Virus record (IMG/VR): IMGVR_UViG_3300020408_000005 | Span: 6,502-70,501 of that record | Direction: 5' to 3' (one strand) | DNA from: a virus | Taxonomy: Duplodnaviria > Caudoviricetes | DNA length: 64,000 bases | Part shown: piece after piece, positions 47,835 to 57,242 of the stretch | Layout of the letters: each line of letters opens with the position of its first letter | Position numbering within the stretch: the first letter of the stretch is position 1 | Notes under the pieces: generated by a model | The model's database searches: none | Told to the model about the DNA's origin: nothing | What the model saw: the letters and a program-made list of their open reading frames with translations, nothing else | Program-made: the position numbers and the translations under genes

Positions 47835-49922
47835 TTAGAAGCAAGTGTCAAACTCAGGGTAATCAAATACCGTGGTTGGATAATCAATTATATTTATCGA
47901 GGTTCCGTCAAAGTTGATTGGAGTAAAATCTAACGGATCGAAGTTTGGAACGCTAGTTCCATCAATGGTGTAGTCTATAGTGATTACTTGTGGGTTGAAA
48001 ATAGTTGGATCTACACCAGTTCCTATATTTACATTACCACTATCTAGCAGAACTGTAACAGGAATACGTGATGTTCCATCAGGAGTGCTTGCTACGTTTA
48101 TAGGACCTAGACAAACTTCTCCAGTTTTATAATTAACAGTTCCAACACCAGACTTAAGAATAACTTCTTTTTCATCTAGTTTTGTAACCATTATTAATTC
48201 ACCTCTACCATTATCTCTCACATTCACTGGTAAAAGAGCACTTGTATCATTTTCTACAAATGTACTAATACTTAATACTGAATTTGTTGTTAACTGTTGA
48301 GATGATACAGCAAGATCTAATAACGCATCTGTGTAACCTGTAGAATAAAATGTTCCACTCTTTACAGCAGAAAATTTAGGACTACATACTGCCACACCAT
48401 CACTAGAATTACCAGAACCAATATCACCAGGATTTACAATAGCATTACCAAAATCTACACATTGAGTGAATGTAGAACCAAATGGGAATCCAGATACATT
48501 TAAACCAAGTGTCATTGTTGTCTGATTACCAACAATACTATTTTGAGATTGATCAATCATTGTTTGGAACGCAGATGTGTCAATCCTTCCATTAAATCTA
48601 TTTGCAGATCCTTGTGTATTAAAGTCATCAATAGCACCAAGAACTCTAGATGCCAATTCATTATTTGATAAGTTTGTTGATGTACCGTCAAAGAACACAT
48701 ATGTCTTAGGACGTATGTATAGAGTTGTAGGATCGATAATTACTGGTTCGATCGCTGCCATAGAATACTTCAATAAATCATTCTTGATACGTTTCTTGGT
48801 AGTAGCGTTTAACGCTGCACCAGATTTAGTTTTTACAGCAACAAATACTTTTCCATATACAGGTGGGTAGACTCTTTCTCCACCATAAGCAGTAACAGAC
48901 TTTGCTTGAGGATAAACCAGTTTAGTAACATACTCATAATCAGACTCCGTAACTGCTCTGTTTTGGGCACTGAATGCCCTTGGAGCGTTGTACTTGATAG
49001 ATATAACATCTTCTCCTGCTTCACCGTCCTGAGAGGCATCTACGGTTGCTATAGAGATGTTTGCAGCAGGTACATTGCGACCAGTATTATCTGTTACTCT
49101 ACCTATAAAAGTAAACTTCTTACAACCATTTGCTTCTGGTCCATTAGTTCTAACATATTTAAGTCTTATAACCTCACCTGCTATTAACTCTCTACCTATA
49201 ATACCATCACCAAATATTACAGTATATCTAAGATCATCCGTTTCTTCTAAGAAATAACCACGAGTTGTACCATCTACATTTACAATATTTGTAATTTGGT
49301 TGTAAGTATCTATTTCTTCACTTTGAGCATTAGGTGAAATAGACACATAAAGTAAGTCTGTATCTACATTGTCAACAGGAATCTCGTATTTTCTTTTTTT
49401 AACGTCAGTTACGTTGTACTCATACTCTAATAAATTACCTTGATATATTACTGTTTTATTAAATGTTGCAAGACCAGTCTGCTGATCTACCATAGAAGTG
49501 ATTGGTTGTGGAACTGTGAATGTATATGCTTGACCATCAACAGCAGATACAAATACATCGCCCGCAGGAATAGTTACGGTAGATGGATATGTTGTTCCTG
49601 ATCCAAGAAAACTTGTTTGCACTGCAAATGCAACACACGCTTTTGCTGCTTTTATTGATCTAGGTGTATAATTTAATTGTTTTGCTATCTTTACTACGTT
49701 GTCTCTTATTGTTGCCGACTCTAAAAATGCTTCATTCATCGCCATATTAGCGTTGAAAGCAGAATAATAAGTATTGTATGCTAATACGTCTAGAAGATAT
49801 GACGCAGCAGATCCATCAAAGTCGTAATCTGTAAATTCTGTTCTAGTTCTTAGATACGATTTGATGGATTCTTTTATCTCTCCAAAATCAAGAGATGTTA
49901 AATTTGATGGTATTGCGGGCAT
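47835..49922 (-). CDS. gp6: Baseplate wedge subunit gp6
   Basis: LDFGEIKESIKSYLR...FTDYDFDGS...LLDVLAYNTYY, AKQLNYTPRS, QNRAVTESDY, PPVYGKVF. Confidence 0.93.
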   Translation of the reverse strand: MPAIPSNLTSLDFGEIKESIKSYLRTRTEFTDYDFDGSAASYLLDVLAYNTYYSAFNANMAMNEAFLESATIRDNVVKIAKQLNYTPRSIKAAKACVAFAVQTSFLGSGTTYPSTVTIPAGDVFVSAVDGQAYTFTVPQPITSMVDQQTGLATFNKTVIYQGNLLEYEYNVTDVKKRKYEIPVDNVDTDLLYVSISPNAQSEEIDTYNQITNIVNVDGTTRGYFLEETDDLRYTVIFGDGIIGRELIAGEVIRLKYVRTNGPEANGCKKFTFIGRVTDNTGRNVPAANISIATVDASQDGEAGEDVISIKYNAPRAFSAQNRAVTESDYEYVTKLVYPQAKSVTAYGGERVYPPVYGKVFVAVKTKSGAALNATTKKRIKNDLLKYSMAAIEPVIIDPTTLYIRPKTYVFFDGTSTNLSNNELASRVLGAIDDFNTQGSANRFNGRIDTSAFQTMIDQSQNSIVGNQTTMTLGLNVSGFPFGSTFTQCVDFGNAIVNPGDIGSGNSSDGVAVCSPKFSAVKSGTFYSTGYTDALLDLAVSSQQLTTNSVLSISTFVENDTSALLPVNVRDNGRGELIMVTKLDEKEVILKSGVGTVNYKTGEVCLGPINVASTPDGTSRIPVTVLLDSGNVNIGTGVDPTIFNPQVITIDYTIDGTSVPNFDPLDFTPINFDGTSINIIDYPTTVFDYPEFDTCF

Positions 49923-50336
49923 CTATACTTGCTCCAGTAAGAAATCAACGGTTTGCACTAAAGTTTCACCAATAATCTTATAGTCAAGTTCAACACGGAG
50001 ACTGTTATCATCTTCTGGATCTTGCTGTACTCTAACCGAACGAACATTTATTCTAGGTTCTAGTCTTGTGCAAACGTTGATGATTTCTTCTTTAATGTCT
50101 TGTGCAACAAAAACATCATATGGTTCAAATAATAGTTCTCTTAAACGTGATCCAGTCTTAGGTTGAAATGGTCTTTCACCCATTCCAGTTAATACTAAAT
50201 TACGGACTGACTGTTTAATAGCGTTTTCATTCTTAACAGTAGTAAAATCCTCAGTATTTGGATTTGGTTTCATCAAAATACTGAAGTCTTTAAATGCTCT
50301 ACTAAGTTGTCGTTCTGCTCTGAACTTGTACGCCAT
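49923..50336 (-). CDS. gp25: Baseplate wedge subunit gp25
   Basis: KNENAIKQSVRNLVLT..GERPFQP..GS.L..LLFE...EPR. Confidence 0.92.
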   Translation of the reverse strand: MAYKFRAERQLSRAFKDFSILMKPNPNTEDFTTVKNENAIKQSVRNLVLTGMGERPFQPKTGSRLRELLFEPYDVFVAQDIKEEIINVCTRLEPRINVRSVRVQQDPEDDNSLRVELDYKIIGETLVQTVDFLLEQV

Positions 50337-50439
50337 TACTCAAAACTTTTATTTGTTTTAAGTATTTATCACGTTCGGGCATAGTTACTAACCACTTGCC
50401 ACTTTTGACAAATTCTTCACTCATATCAACTCGAATCAT
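50302..50439 (-). CDS. 45-aa hypothetical protein (not in ORF track)
   Basis: ATG overlaps the upstream stop (ATGA); MIRVDMSEEFVKSGKWLVTMPERDKYLKQ... Confidence 0.45.
   Translation of the reverse strand: MIRVDMSEEFVKSGKWLVTMPERDKYLKQIKVLSNGVQVQSRTTT
50363..50370 (-). promoter_or_regulatory. Late promoter-like GATAAATA for the gp25-gp6-gp7 unit
   Basis: ATAAATA core 27 nt upstream of the gp25 ATG. Confidence 0.6.
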
Positions 50440-50573
50440 TTACCCTGTCCTCGGTAACGTTTTTTTGCTGCATTACGAGAAGTTGCAGAATACTTGCTGT
50501 GCTGTCCTCTGCCCTGTCTTGTTTTTTTAGGTTTGGATTCAATAGTTTGACCCATACTGAAAGTTTTTGCCAT
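50436..50573 (-). CDS. 45-aa highly basic protein ending KRYRGQGK (not in ORF track)
   Basis: MAKTFSMGQTIESKPKKTRQGRGQHSKYSATSRNAAKKRYRGQGK. Confidence 0.8.
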   Translation of the reverse strand: MAKTFSMGQTIESKPKKTRQGRGQHSKYSATSRNAAKKRYRGQGK

Positions 50574-50632
50574 AGTAATAATGTAGTTTTATAAGAGGGC
50601 ACTCCTTCTACGTGGAGATCTTTTGTACTCCC

Positions 50633-50767
50633 TCAGTGTGAATGACTGTAATCTATATCTATATCAATACCAGAACAATCTGGTATTTCAAGATTGTCAT
50701 CTTCTTGACCTTCCATCATCTTTTCTATCCACTCTTCAAACCTTTGTGACTTTCTAGTTTTTTCCAT
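50633..50767 (-). CDS. 44-aa acidic hypothetical protein
   Basis: Internal ATG (MEKTRKSQRF...) avoids overlap with the PAAR-like gene. Confidence 0.55.
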   Translation of the reverse strand: MEKTRKSQRFEEWIEKMMEGQEDDNLEIPDCSGIDIDIDYSHSH

Positions 50768-50772
50768 TTGAG

Positions 50773-51300
50773 TTAACCACAGAGAACAGTAGGAGAACCG
50801 TAGGCAATAACTGATTTGCAAGGCCAAGATCTAAATCTAGGTCCCACACCCAGTGGATCTAAGATTCTAGCGACTCGTCTTTTAAGGGCGAATACAGTAT
50901 ATGTAGTCGCTGTAACAACCCTTTCGTGTCCAATACCACCTTTATCTTCGATCGTTAATATACTTCCTCCAAAAGGTGTGGGTATAATACACATCGCTTT
51001 TCCGCACGGGCAAGTGTAATTTACTATATTCGTCGTAATTGATCTGTGTTGGATAAATGAATCCATTTCCAACATAATGGGAAGTTTATTTACTAACACT
51101 GTTGCTCTTAGCGGAGATAAACCGACTAGAGGTATCATTGGTGTGGGTGGCCACCAACAAGTTTTGTTTTTTAACTCAATAGTAAATGGTATAGGTGTAC
51201 TTCCGCAAGGTTGAGTGTTATGAATAGTTGCAGGTATAGGAATCCCGTGTCCACTACAAGGTAGACCATTGTGACTTGCTACTGGGAGTTTTCCTGGCAT
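50773..51300 (-). CDS. PAAR-like (gp5.4-type) spike tip protein with insertions
   Basis: CSGHG...WPP...TVLVNKLP...DSFIQH...GH.R....TYTVF...VARILDPL...C.SVIAYGSPTV. Confidence 0.75.
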   Translation of the reverse strand: MPGKLPVASHNGLPCSGHGIPIPATIHNTQPCGSTPIPFTIELKNKTCWWPPTPMIPLVGLSPLRATVLVNKLPIMLEMDSFIQHRSITTNIVNYTCPCGKAMCIIPTPFGGSILTIEDKGGIGHERVVTATTYTVFALKRRVARILDPLGVGPRFRSWPCKSVIAYGSPTVLCG

Positions 51301-51470
51301 TAGAAAGATGCGTCCGCGTAATTTTCTGCTGATTCATTAACTACGGTGTAAGTAAGATCCTCTGTAAAATAAGATCTGTATATCCTACCCCAAATAATGT
51401 CAAACTCAGATTGATTTAGATCTTTGAATAGACAATTTTCTTTCAAATAGATGTGATAAGTTTTTGTCAT
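51300..51470 (-). CDS. 56-aa hypothetical protein (not in ORF track)
   Basis: TAATG-coupled at both ends; MTKTYHIYLKENCLFKDLNQSEFDIIWGRIY...YADASF. Confidence 0.7.
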   Translation of the reverse strand: MTKTYHIYLKENCLFKDLNQSEFDIIWGRIYRSYFTEDLTYTVVNESAENYADASF

Positions 51471-54400
51471 TAATCGAACCTCAAGTCACATTCATCAAAA
51501 TAAGGGTTTCCGTAATTGTTCATAGTGTCATCTAGTAACTTTGAACCTGCTGTAGAATAGTTCCTATAAAGTAAACTTCCTTCATAGGGACCCATTTCTA
51601 TATAGTTGTCCGCATTGATTAGGTTAGGGTCTATAGAAATAGCAGCGTGTACAACCTCATATAGTGCTTGACAACTAGAAAAAGGCGAATCACTACAAAG
51701 ATCAGTCTGTGCAAGTGCGTTACCACTTCCGTCATATCCCTTATTAACATCTAGTACACCATCTGTAACAAAGTTGTGCCAACACGGGTTTGGTAACTTC
51801 CCTCCACTACAACTAGGTAGACTTGCGGAGTTATAGTTGTATATCCCCGCATTTCCACTAAATTGAAATGTTTGTGCGGAATAAGTCTGAACATTACTTC
51901 CCAACCACGTCGCTAATTGATCTAATTCCGTAAATCCCGCGTTTAAGGCATAATCAAATGTGTTTTCATCACCAGATAAAGGTACAAATGCGTATTGTCC
52001 TGCGGAAGTCTCATAACATCTACCCTCTGCATCTCCTTGCTTACAAGGATGAGATTTCTTAGGTGCATTGTTTACTGTAATCAATCTAGGACGTGTTAAT
52101 GTGGGTTGAGGTAGTGTTTGTAGGAAATTTAAGAATGACGTGTTTACAGACGCTCCTGCACCGCTTACATCGCCTTCTATCTCCAATGATACACGTATCC
52201 TTGCAGTCTCTTCCTGACTAGCACAGTACTTAAATGGCATATACCCTTTTACAGACTTTTCACCATCTGCATCCAGTGTTACAAAGGGGCACGGTATATC
52301 AAAGAACCTTCTAACCTCATATAACTGTGGTTGACCCCATTCTTCACATCCCTCTGGGTATAATGAGTTGATTCCTGCTGTATCTGCGTCAACTTCCTTT
52401 GATGTTTCGTTAGATTCTTGCCAAAACTGTGAAATTTCCGCATTTCTCTCGTTAAAGTTAGGTGCATATTGACGCAAGTTAGAAAATAGCGTATCTGGAG
52501 AGTAATAATTATTAATATCAGACCATTCTCCAGGCATATCTAGTTTCAAACAGTTCTGCGGAGTTGATTCACAGTCTTTACTTACCTCTTCATCGTTCAA
52601 ATCTGGCATATCCATATAACTTGATACTACAGGATCGTTTTGTGAGTCATCATACTCCCCAATATTTTCATTAAAGGCATCTAAGTTTAAATTTACCTGC
52701 TCTTGCATACCAGTATCCAGTATTCCTGTCTTCAATAAACCATCATAGTTATTTGCTATTTCCCTTACATTACCTCCTGTTCCAGGTTCTTCCAGATCTT
52801 CCTCGTATCTTTGCACAACTAACACTCTAGGTTGTGACGAAGGACTGTATCCTTGACCTGGATCATTGATAATTACGTTTATAATACTGCCTTGATCATC
52901 TAAAACAGGTGTTAACTGTGCTTGTTTGAGCGTTCCTTGGAATCCAGACTCATTTTTGTACGATTCATTGAGTATTGCAGCGGTAGATTCCTTATCTGTT
53001 AACTCTTGACCTTGAAAATCTGGGTCATTATACGTTTTATTCTGTAAATTTATACCAGAATCATTAACAAATGTCTCTTGTTGGAACCTTGTAGGGTCAG
53101 CAAACCCCATTTCACGCATTGTTTCGGGAAATTCTATCGCAAGATCGGGATTTTTGTAATCTTTTCCGCTATTGATGATGTTTACTCCTGCAACTTTACC
53201 CTTTTCATCAATAATTGCCTCTATAAATGCCTCACTTAAGTTACGATCTGGTATAAGTGCGTTCTCTTTTAATGAAACACCGAGGTAAGTTACTCTTTTT
53301 GGGAACTCATACACTCCCCAGAACGCTGCTTTGTCCTTTATACCGTATCCTGCTAGTACATTTATACTCCCACCGTTAGATGAAGTAAAAGATTGGTTGT
53401 ATGTAAACGCATTTCCCGTAGTTTCATTGCTAATTTGAGTCAATTCCATATATCCACAGTTCATTTCATCACCAAAATAGCGACAAGCAGTAATCATCCA
53501 CCCATTTATACGCTCTCCTACTGCAAAAAACCCTGTATTGGATGTATATCTAAAAAATATACGGGGTTCATCTGTATCAGTTCCCCAGAATGACTCATTT
53601 GCTCCTATTTGATTGAATGGAGCATCTACATACATTCTAGTTTTCTTTGTTACCCACGCACTCTCTTTTATAGTGTAATTGTAAGTATGATACTCAAGAG
53701 TGGGTTGTGCGTTATCACTATCAAGACAAGGAGCGTCTGTTGTAAGGAAGTTTATACCATATACGGGTCCATTCCACGGATATGACGTATCATAGAGGTA
53801 ATATACGAATTGTCCCTCGAAAGCATCGTGAAAATTCAATGATCTTGGTACAGAACCCTTTACTGGTCCGTTTTTTCCATAAAACCACTCGTAATACGCT
53901 GCTGTACTCAATATTTCTACTGCTGAACCTCCCCAACCCGCTTGAGATGGTGGATCTTGCAATGCAAGGTAGTCTCCTAGTCCAAAACTAGCGTTTTCAT
54001 CAAAATCATACCACCCAGAACGATTTACTTCACCTGTATTCCTTGGTTTTCCTAAATTTTCAATCTTTTTTCTACCTCTAGGTGCTCCAGAGGTCATTAC
54101 GTAACCAATTATACCTACAAATGCGTATTGTTGCTGTCTAGGGTCTGAACAATCGGGTACTCCCGCTACTCCAATCTCTAAATTATTCTCTTTTACGGGG
54201 TTTATTGTGTAAAAATTGTCAGGACCACGGTTTACTCCGCTAGGTAACTTATATTCATACAGAGGAACTGCGGTTTCACCACCTTTCATTAACCCAGATG
54301 ACGCTGCGTTCGCTGCGGATGTCCAAATGTACCCTAATAACTCTCCTCCGCTACCTGTAGTCAAGTATGAGTTGTTTCCTGCGGAGTCAAAGTTAGTATA

Positions 54401-54784
54401 GAGTGGAACAGCACCAGTTTGACTGTCCTGCATTATAGTGAAGTACTGTGCACTCCTCTGACGTGGTTCTCTATTGTAACTACGGAAGTCGTAAACGTTA
54501 TCTTCTAGAGTATCTTCCTTACTGTATAGGTGATCTCTTAATTTACCACTATAGTATCTGTATATTGATGTTCTTTCTGCATCACAGTTATCTAAACACG
54601 TTGCAGTAGGTTCTCCTAGGTAAAATACCTGATCCTTACCAAACTTAAACCCACCAGGACCTATCCCTTGGAATTGAATGGTGTACCCTGCGGGTATATT
54701 AGTTCCAGTATAGACTTTTGTATAATCTTCTGAGTCAACAGGGTTCATATAAGAACGACCTGTTTCTAGGATCTTAGCGGGCAT
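51470..54784 (-). CDS. Large Cys-containing virion structural protein
   Basis: 1104 aa; N-terminal IYRYY...DHLYS and VPLYEY...DNFYT repeats; GxxY..P repeats as in the baseplate proteins; two genes upstream of the PAAR-like gene. Confidence 0.65.
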   Translation of the reverse strand: MPAKILETGRSYMNPVDSEDYTKVYTGTNIPAGYTIQFQGIGPGGFKFGKDQVFYLGEPTATCLDNCDAERTSIYRYYSGKLRDHLYSKEDTLEDNVYDFRSYNREPRQRSAQYFTIMQDSQTGAVPLYTNFDSAGNNSYLTTGSGGELLGYIWTSAANAASSGLMKGGETAVPLYEYKLPSGVNRGPDNFYTINPVKENNLEIGVAGVPDCSDPRQQQYAFVGIIGYVMTSGAPRGRKKIENLGKPRNTGEVNRSGWYDFDENASFGLGDYLALQDPPSQAGWGGSAVEILSTAAYYEWFYGKNGPVKGSVPRSLNFHDAFEGQFVYYLYDTSYPWNGPVYGINFLTTDAPCLDSDNAQPTLEYHTYNYTIKESAWVTKKTRMYVDAPFNQIGANESFWGTDTDEPRIFFRYTSNTGFFAVGERINGWMITACRYFGDEMNCGYMELTQISNETTGNAFTYNQSFTSSNGGSINVLAGYGIKDKAAFWGVYEFPKRVTYLGVSLKENALIPDRNLSEAFIEAIIDEKGKVAGVNIINSGKDYKNPDLAIEFPETMREMGFADPTRFQQETFVNDSGINLQNKTYNDPDFQGQELTDKESTAAILNESYKNESGFQGTLKQAQLTPVLDDQGSIINVIINDPGQGYSPSSQPRVLVVQRYEEDLEEPGTGGNVREIANNYDGLLKTGILDTGMQEQVNLNLDAFNENIGEYDDSQNDPVVSSYMDMPDLNDEEVSKDCESTPQNCLKLDMPGEWSDINNYYSPDTLFSNLRQYAPNFNERNAEISQFWQESNETSKEVDADTAGINSLYPEGCEEWGQPQLYEVRRFFDIPCPFVTLDADGEKSVKGYMPFKYCASQEETARIRVSLEIEGDVSGAGASVNTSFLNFLQTLPQPTLTRPRLITVNNAPKKSHPCKQGDAEGRCYETSAGQYAFVPLSGDENTFDYALNAGFTELDQLATWLGSNVQTYSAQTFQFSGNAGIYNYNSASLPSCSGGKLPNPCWHNFVTDGVLDVNKGYDGSGNALAQTDLCSDSPFSSCQALYEVVHAAISIDPNLINADNYIEMGPYEGSLLYRNYSTAGSKLLDDTMNNYGNPYFDECDLRFD

Positions 54785-55058
54785 CCATTTGTGCTAGAGT
54801 TTCTTCAATTTTATTTAGTCTGTCAAAAATAGTATCAAATACCTGTAGCAAATTACTATGGTTATCATTTCCAGGGATCTTATATTGTATCATATCAGCA
54901 CCTCTACTTAAGAATGCTTCTATCTGCTGAGTACGATTGGCAATGTTAGTAGCAGTCTTTGCTATCATTCCAAACCTCCACTCGTTCTCCTCTTCTATAG
55001 ATTTAAACTCAGGTACCTCTAAATCTTGAGGTATTACTAAATCTTCTTGGTTTTCCAT
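54774..55058 (-). CDS. Hypothetical protein
   Basis: 94-aa ORF, translationally coupled; QYKIPG...DTIFDRLNKIEE. Confidence 0.7.
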   Translation of the reverse strand: MENQEDLVIPQDLEVPEFKSIEEENEWRFGMIAKTATNIANRTQQIEAFLSRGADMIQYKIPGNDNHSNLLQVFDTIFDRLNKIEETLAQMDAR

Positions 55059-55594
55059 TAAAAATAATTAAAATTCAATACTACACGGAACTTTTGGTCT
55101 GTGCAACTGGTACCTGCGTGAGGTGTATTCACCTTAAATTTTAGCAAACGATTTGCCTTACTGTCAACTTTAGTACCGTCTTGAAAGTATGTATAACCAT
55201 TATTGTCATTTAGATAGTATATTGCAGTAGTAGCACCATCAAACTCATCAGATCCATACTCACCACAGTCTGTATGGAAGTCATACTCCTGTAGTTTATC
55301 TGTATGGTGGTTTAGGTTTGCCTTTATACGTATCAGTGCTCTTGGTTGTAAACTGTTTATTATAGGTAATACCTTCTCATACTGAGGTCCTAGAGGTTGT
55401 CCTCCTCCATATACGTAGTTTACCATTTGCCAGTTATATATCTCTTTCGCTTGTAACTCAGGATCTACCATTCGGGCAACGTGCATTACCTTCGCTTTGT
55501 TTACATACCACGGAAAGTCTTGTCCCGTAAAGTAGTCTCGGATTTCCTCAAACTCATTCGGGGGGAGGTAGTTATCGATAATTTGAAAGTTCAT
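55058..55594 (-). CDS. 2OG-Fe(II) oxygenase superfamily protein
   Basis: IIDNYL...FPW, FHTD, TAIYYLNDNNGYTYF, NRLLKF...HAG...RVVLNFNY (HxD...H...R). Confidence 0.85.
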   Translation of the reverse strand: MNFQIIDNYLPPNEFEEIRDYFTGQDFPWYVNKAKVMHVARMVDPELQAKEIYNWQMVNYVYGGGQPLGPQYEKVLPIINSLQPRALIRIKANLNHHTDKLQEYDFHTDCGEYGSDEFDGATTAIYYLNDNNGYTYFQDGTKVDSKANRLLKFKVNTPHAGTSCTDQKFRVVLNFNYF

Positions 55595-55664
55595 CACAAT
55601 TTCAGAATAGTTACGACGACGCGGGGGTAACGTTTCTCATCGTCAGACCCCTCTATATGCCTTT

Positions 55665-55829
55665 CTAATGGTCACAAACATAGTTTTGGTTGTATCTGTC
55701 TATCGACGGTTGTATTTTATCCAATATATCTTCACATTCGTCATAAGTCTCAGTCTGATACTGAAACAAGTTCTTTTGATACTGTTCTACTGCTCTATAG
55801 ATTAAAGAGAGTTCTGCTTTGTTAAACAT
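55665..55829 (-). CDS. 54-aa hypothetical protein (not in ORF track)
   Basis: MFNKAELSLIYRAVEQYQKNLF...YDECEDILDKI; overlaps the upstream stop. Confidence 0.6.
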   Translation of the reverse strand: MFNKAELSLIYRAVEQYQKNLFQYQTETYDECEDILDKIQPSIDRYNQNYVCDH

Positions 55830-55983
55830 CTGCCTTAGTGATGATTAATTGTTCGTCGATAATATCATATTGTAACATATCTCCCACTGTCAACGCAAGT
55901 TCTTCAACGATCTGATCAGGTATCTTAAAAGTCATTTCACCGTAATCATCTTCCTCAATAGGAACTAGAAATCTTTTACTCAT
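55822..55983 (-). CDS. AbrB/MazE/SpoVT-like DNA-binding protein, 53 aa (not in ORF track)
   Basis: MSKRFLVPIEEDDYGEMTFKIPDQIVEELALTVGDMLQYDIIDEQLIITKADV fits the IP..I...L.L..GD.L swapped-hairpin pattern. Confidence 0.75.
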   Translation of the reverse strand: MSKRFLVPIEEDDYGEMTFKIPDQIVEELALTVGDMLQYDIIDEQLIITKADV

Positions 55984-56395
55984 TCTTTCGTAAAATATAG
56001 CGTATCAATGGTATATAGGATTCTATGTATTCTAGGTTACTAACGTACGCATACTTGTGTTGAAGTATTAACCCATCACCCAAATATATTGCTGCGTGCT
56101 TGATCTTATCAGTACCAAATGAGAAGCATATCACGTCGTTCTTTTTCAAAATGTCTGGGTTAAACTCACTGTCACCTTCCTCTTTCTCAAAGACAATACT
56201 CCAACCCTCTCTTTCTATATCCTCTATCTTATACTGTCTGACTGTAAGAGAGTAGTCCTGAGAGAACTCCTGTACTCCAGTCTCTTTCATATAGTCATAG
56301 ATGAGTGTGAAACATCCCCCACCCCTTTGCTGCTTCCAAGGGCGACCTAACCAAGGGGAGTAATCATCCTCGTACTTTTTTAGCAAATGGTCCAT
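55976..56395 (-). CDS. NlpC/P60 family peptidase (similar to the lambda K C-terminal domain)
   Basis: WLGRPW...GCFTLIYDY (catalytic Cys), DVICF...HAAIYLGDGLILQH (His, His). Confidence 0.8.
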   Translation of the reverse strand: MDHLLKKYEDDYSPWLGRPWKQQRGGGCFTLIYDYMKETGVQEFSQDYSLTVRQYKIEDIEREGWSIVFEKEEGDSEFNPDILKKNDVICFSFGTDKIKHAAIYLGDGLILQHKYAYVSNLEYIESYIPLIRYILRKNE

Positions 56396-56579
56396 ACGTA
56401 AAATTTTTTTTGGGATTTTTTTTATATATCAGGGTACCTTAAATGCGTTTTCGATAATATAGCAAACCCTATACTTTTGTAGGTTAGACAAAATCGAATT
56501 TTTTAATATGCCAGTTTTGGAATTGGCACAAGGTGAAAATGGTTATCGTTTTCATTCTCACCTGTGTCACCTCTGAGAC

Positions 56580-57005
56580 TTAACGCTGATTATCTGCTAC
56601 CGCTGTTAAAAAATCCTCAGTTAACCAAATTAAATTTGAAAATCCATCTTGACTTCTATCTTCTACCCATACCACGTTTTTCTTATCAAGAGATCCGATA
56701 ATGCCCTTAACAACATTTTTAGATACTACGTTATCTCTATTAAGGTATGCGTGAATTTCGTCAAAGTCTGTTATTATTTCGTTAGGGTCTAGGTTGCCAT
56801 AATAAAAACCGTACTCACCCCCGATAGGGTTATCTGTTGCTTCGTCAATAATTTCTTCGATAGCAAAGAAACTTAAGAAATTCTTTTCTAACTCAGTAAG
56901 GGTAATTTTATTTGAAGTTTCTGATCTAAAATAATCCTTAACCTCAAAAGTTCCTTCTAGGTAGTTAGAAGTGTTCATTTTGTTGTAAGTTGCTACAGAA
57001 GTCAT
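56580..57005 (-). CDS. Hypothetical early protein
   Basis: 141 aa; upstream TATAAT at 57040-57045 and an ACACT-containing leader. Confidence 0.7.
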   Translation of the reverse strand: MTSVATYNKMNTSNYLEGTFEVKDYFRSETSNKITLTELEKNFLSFFAIEEIIDEATDNPIGGEYGFYYGNLDPNEIITDFDEIHAYLNRDNVVSKNVVKGIIGSLDKKNVVWVEDRSQDGFSNLIWLTEDFLTAVADNQR

Positions 57006-57242
57006 AATGGGAAAAGTGTAATTCGTTTTGTATATATTAATTATAGCGATTAATTCCCTATTGTGCGAATAATTCCCAATATATGTTAAGTTGCTGTTAT
57101 TATGACAATTCCGTTACATAACACTAGAAAAAAAATCCGTTTCGTGCTAACTTCCTAAGACTCCTATTACTAGAGATATTTAAAGAGATATAAAATTATA
57201 AACTATATTTTTTTATACCTTTTTATTAATAGGGTTTTTTAT

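Noticed and set aside
55598-55664. GC-rich intergenic stretch with GTTAC...GTAAC
   Set aside because: Only a 5-bp stem with no U-tract or cloverleaf, which is too weak to call a terminator, tRNA or ncRNA.
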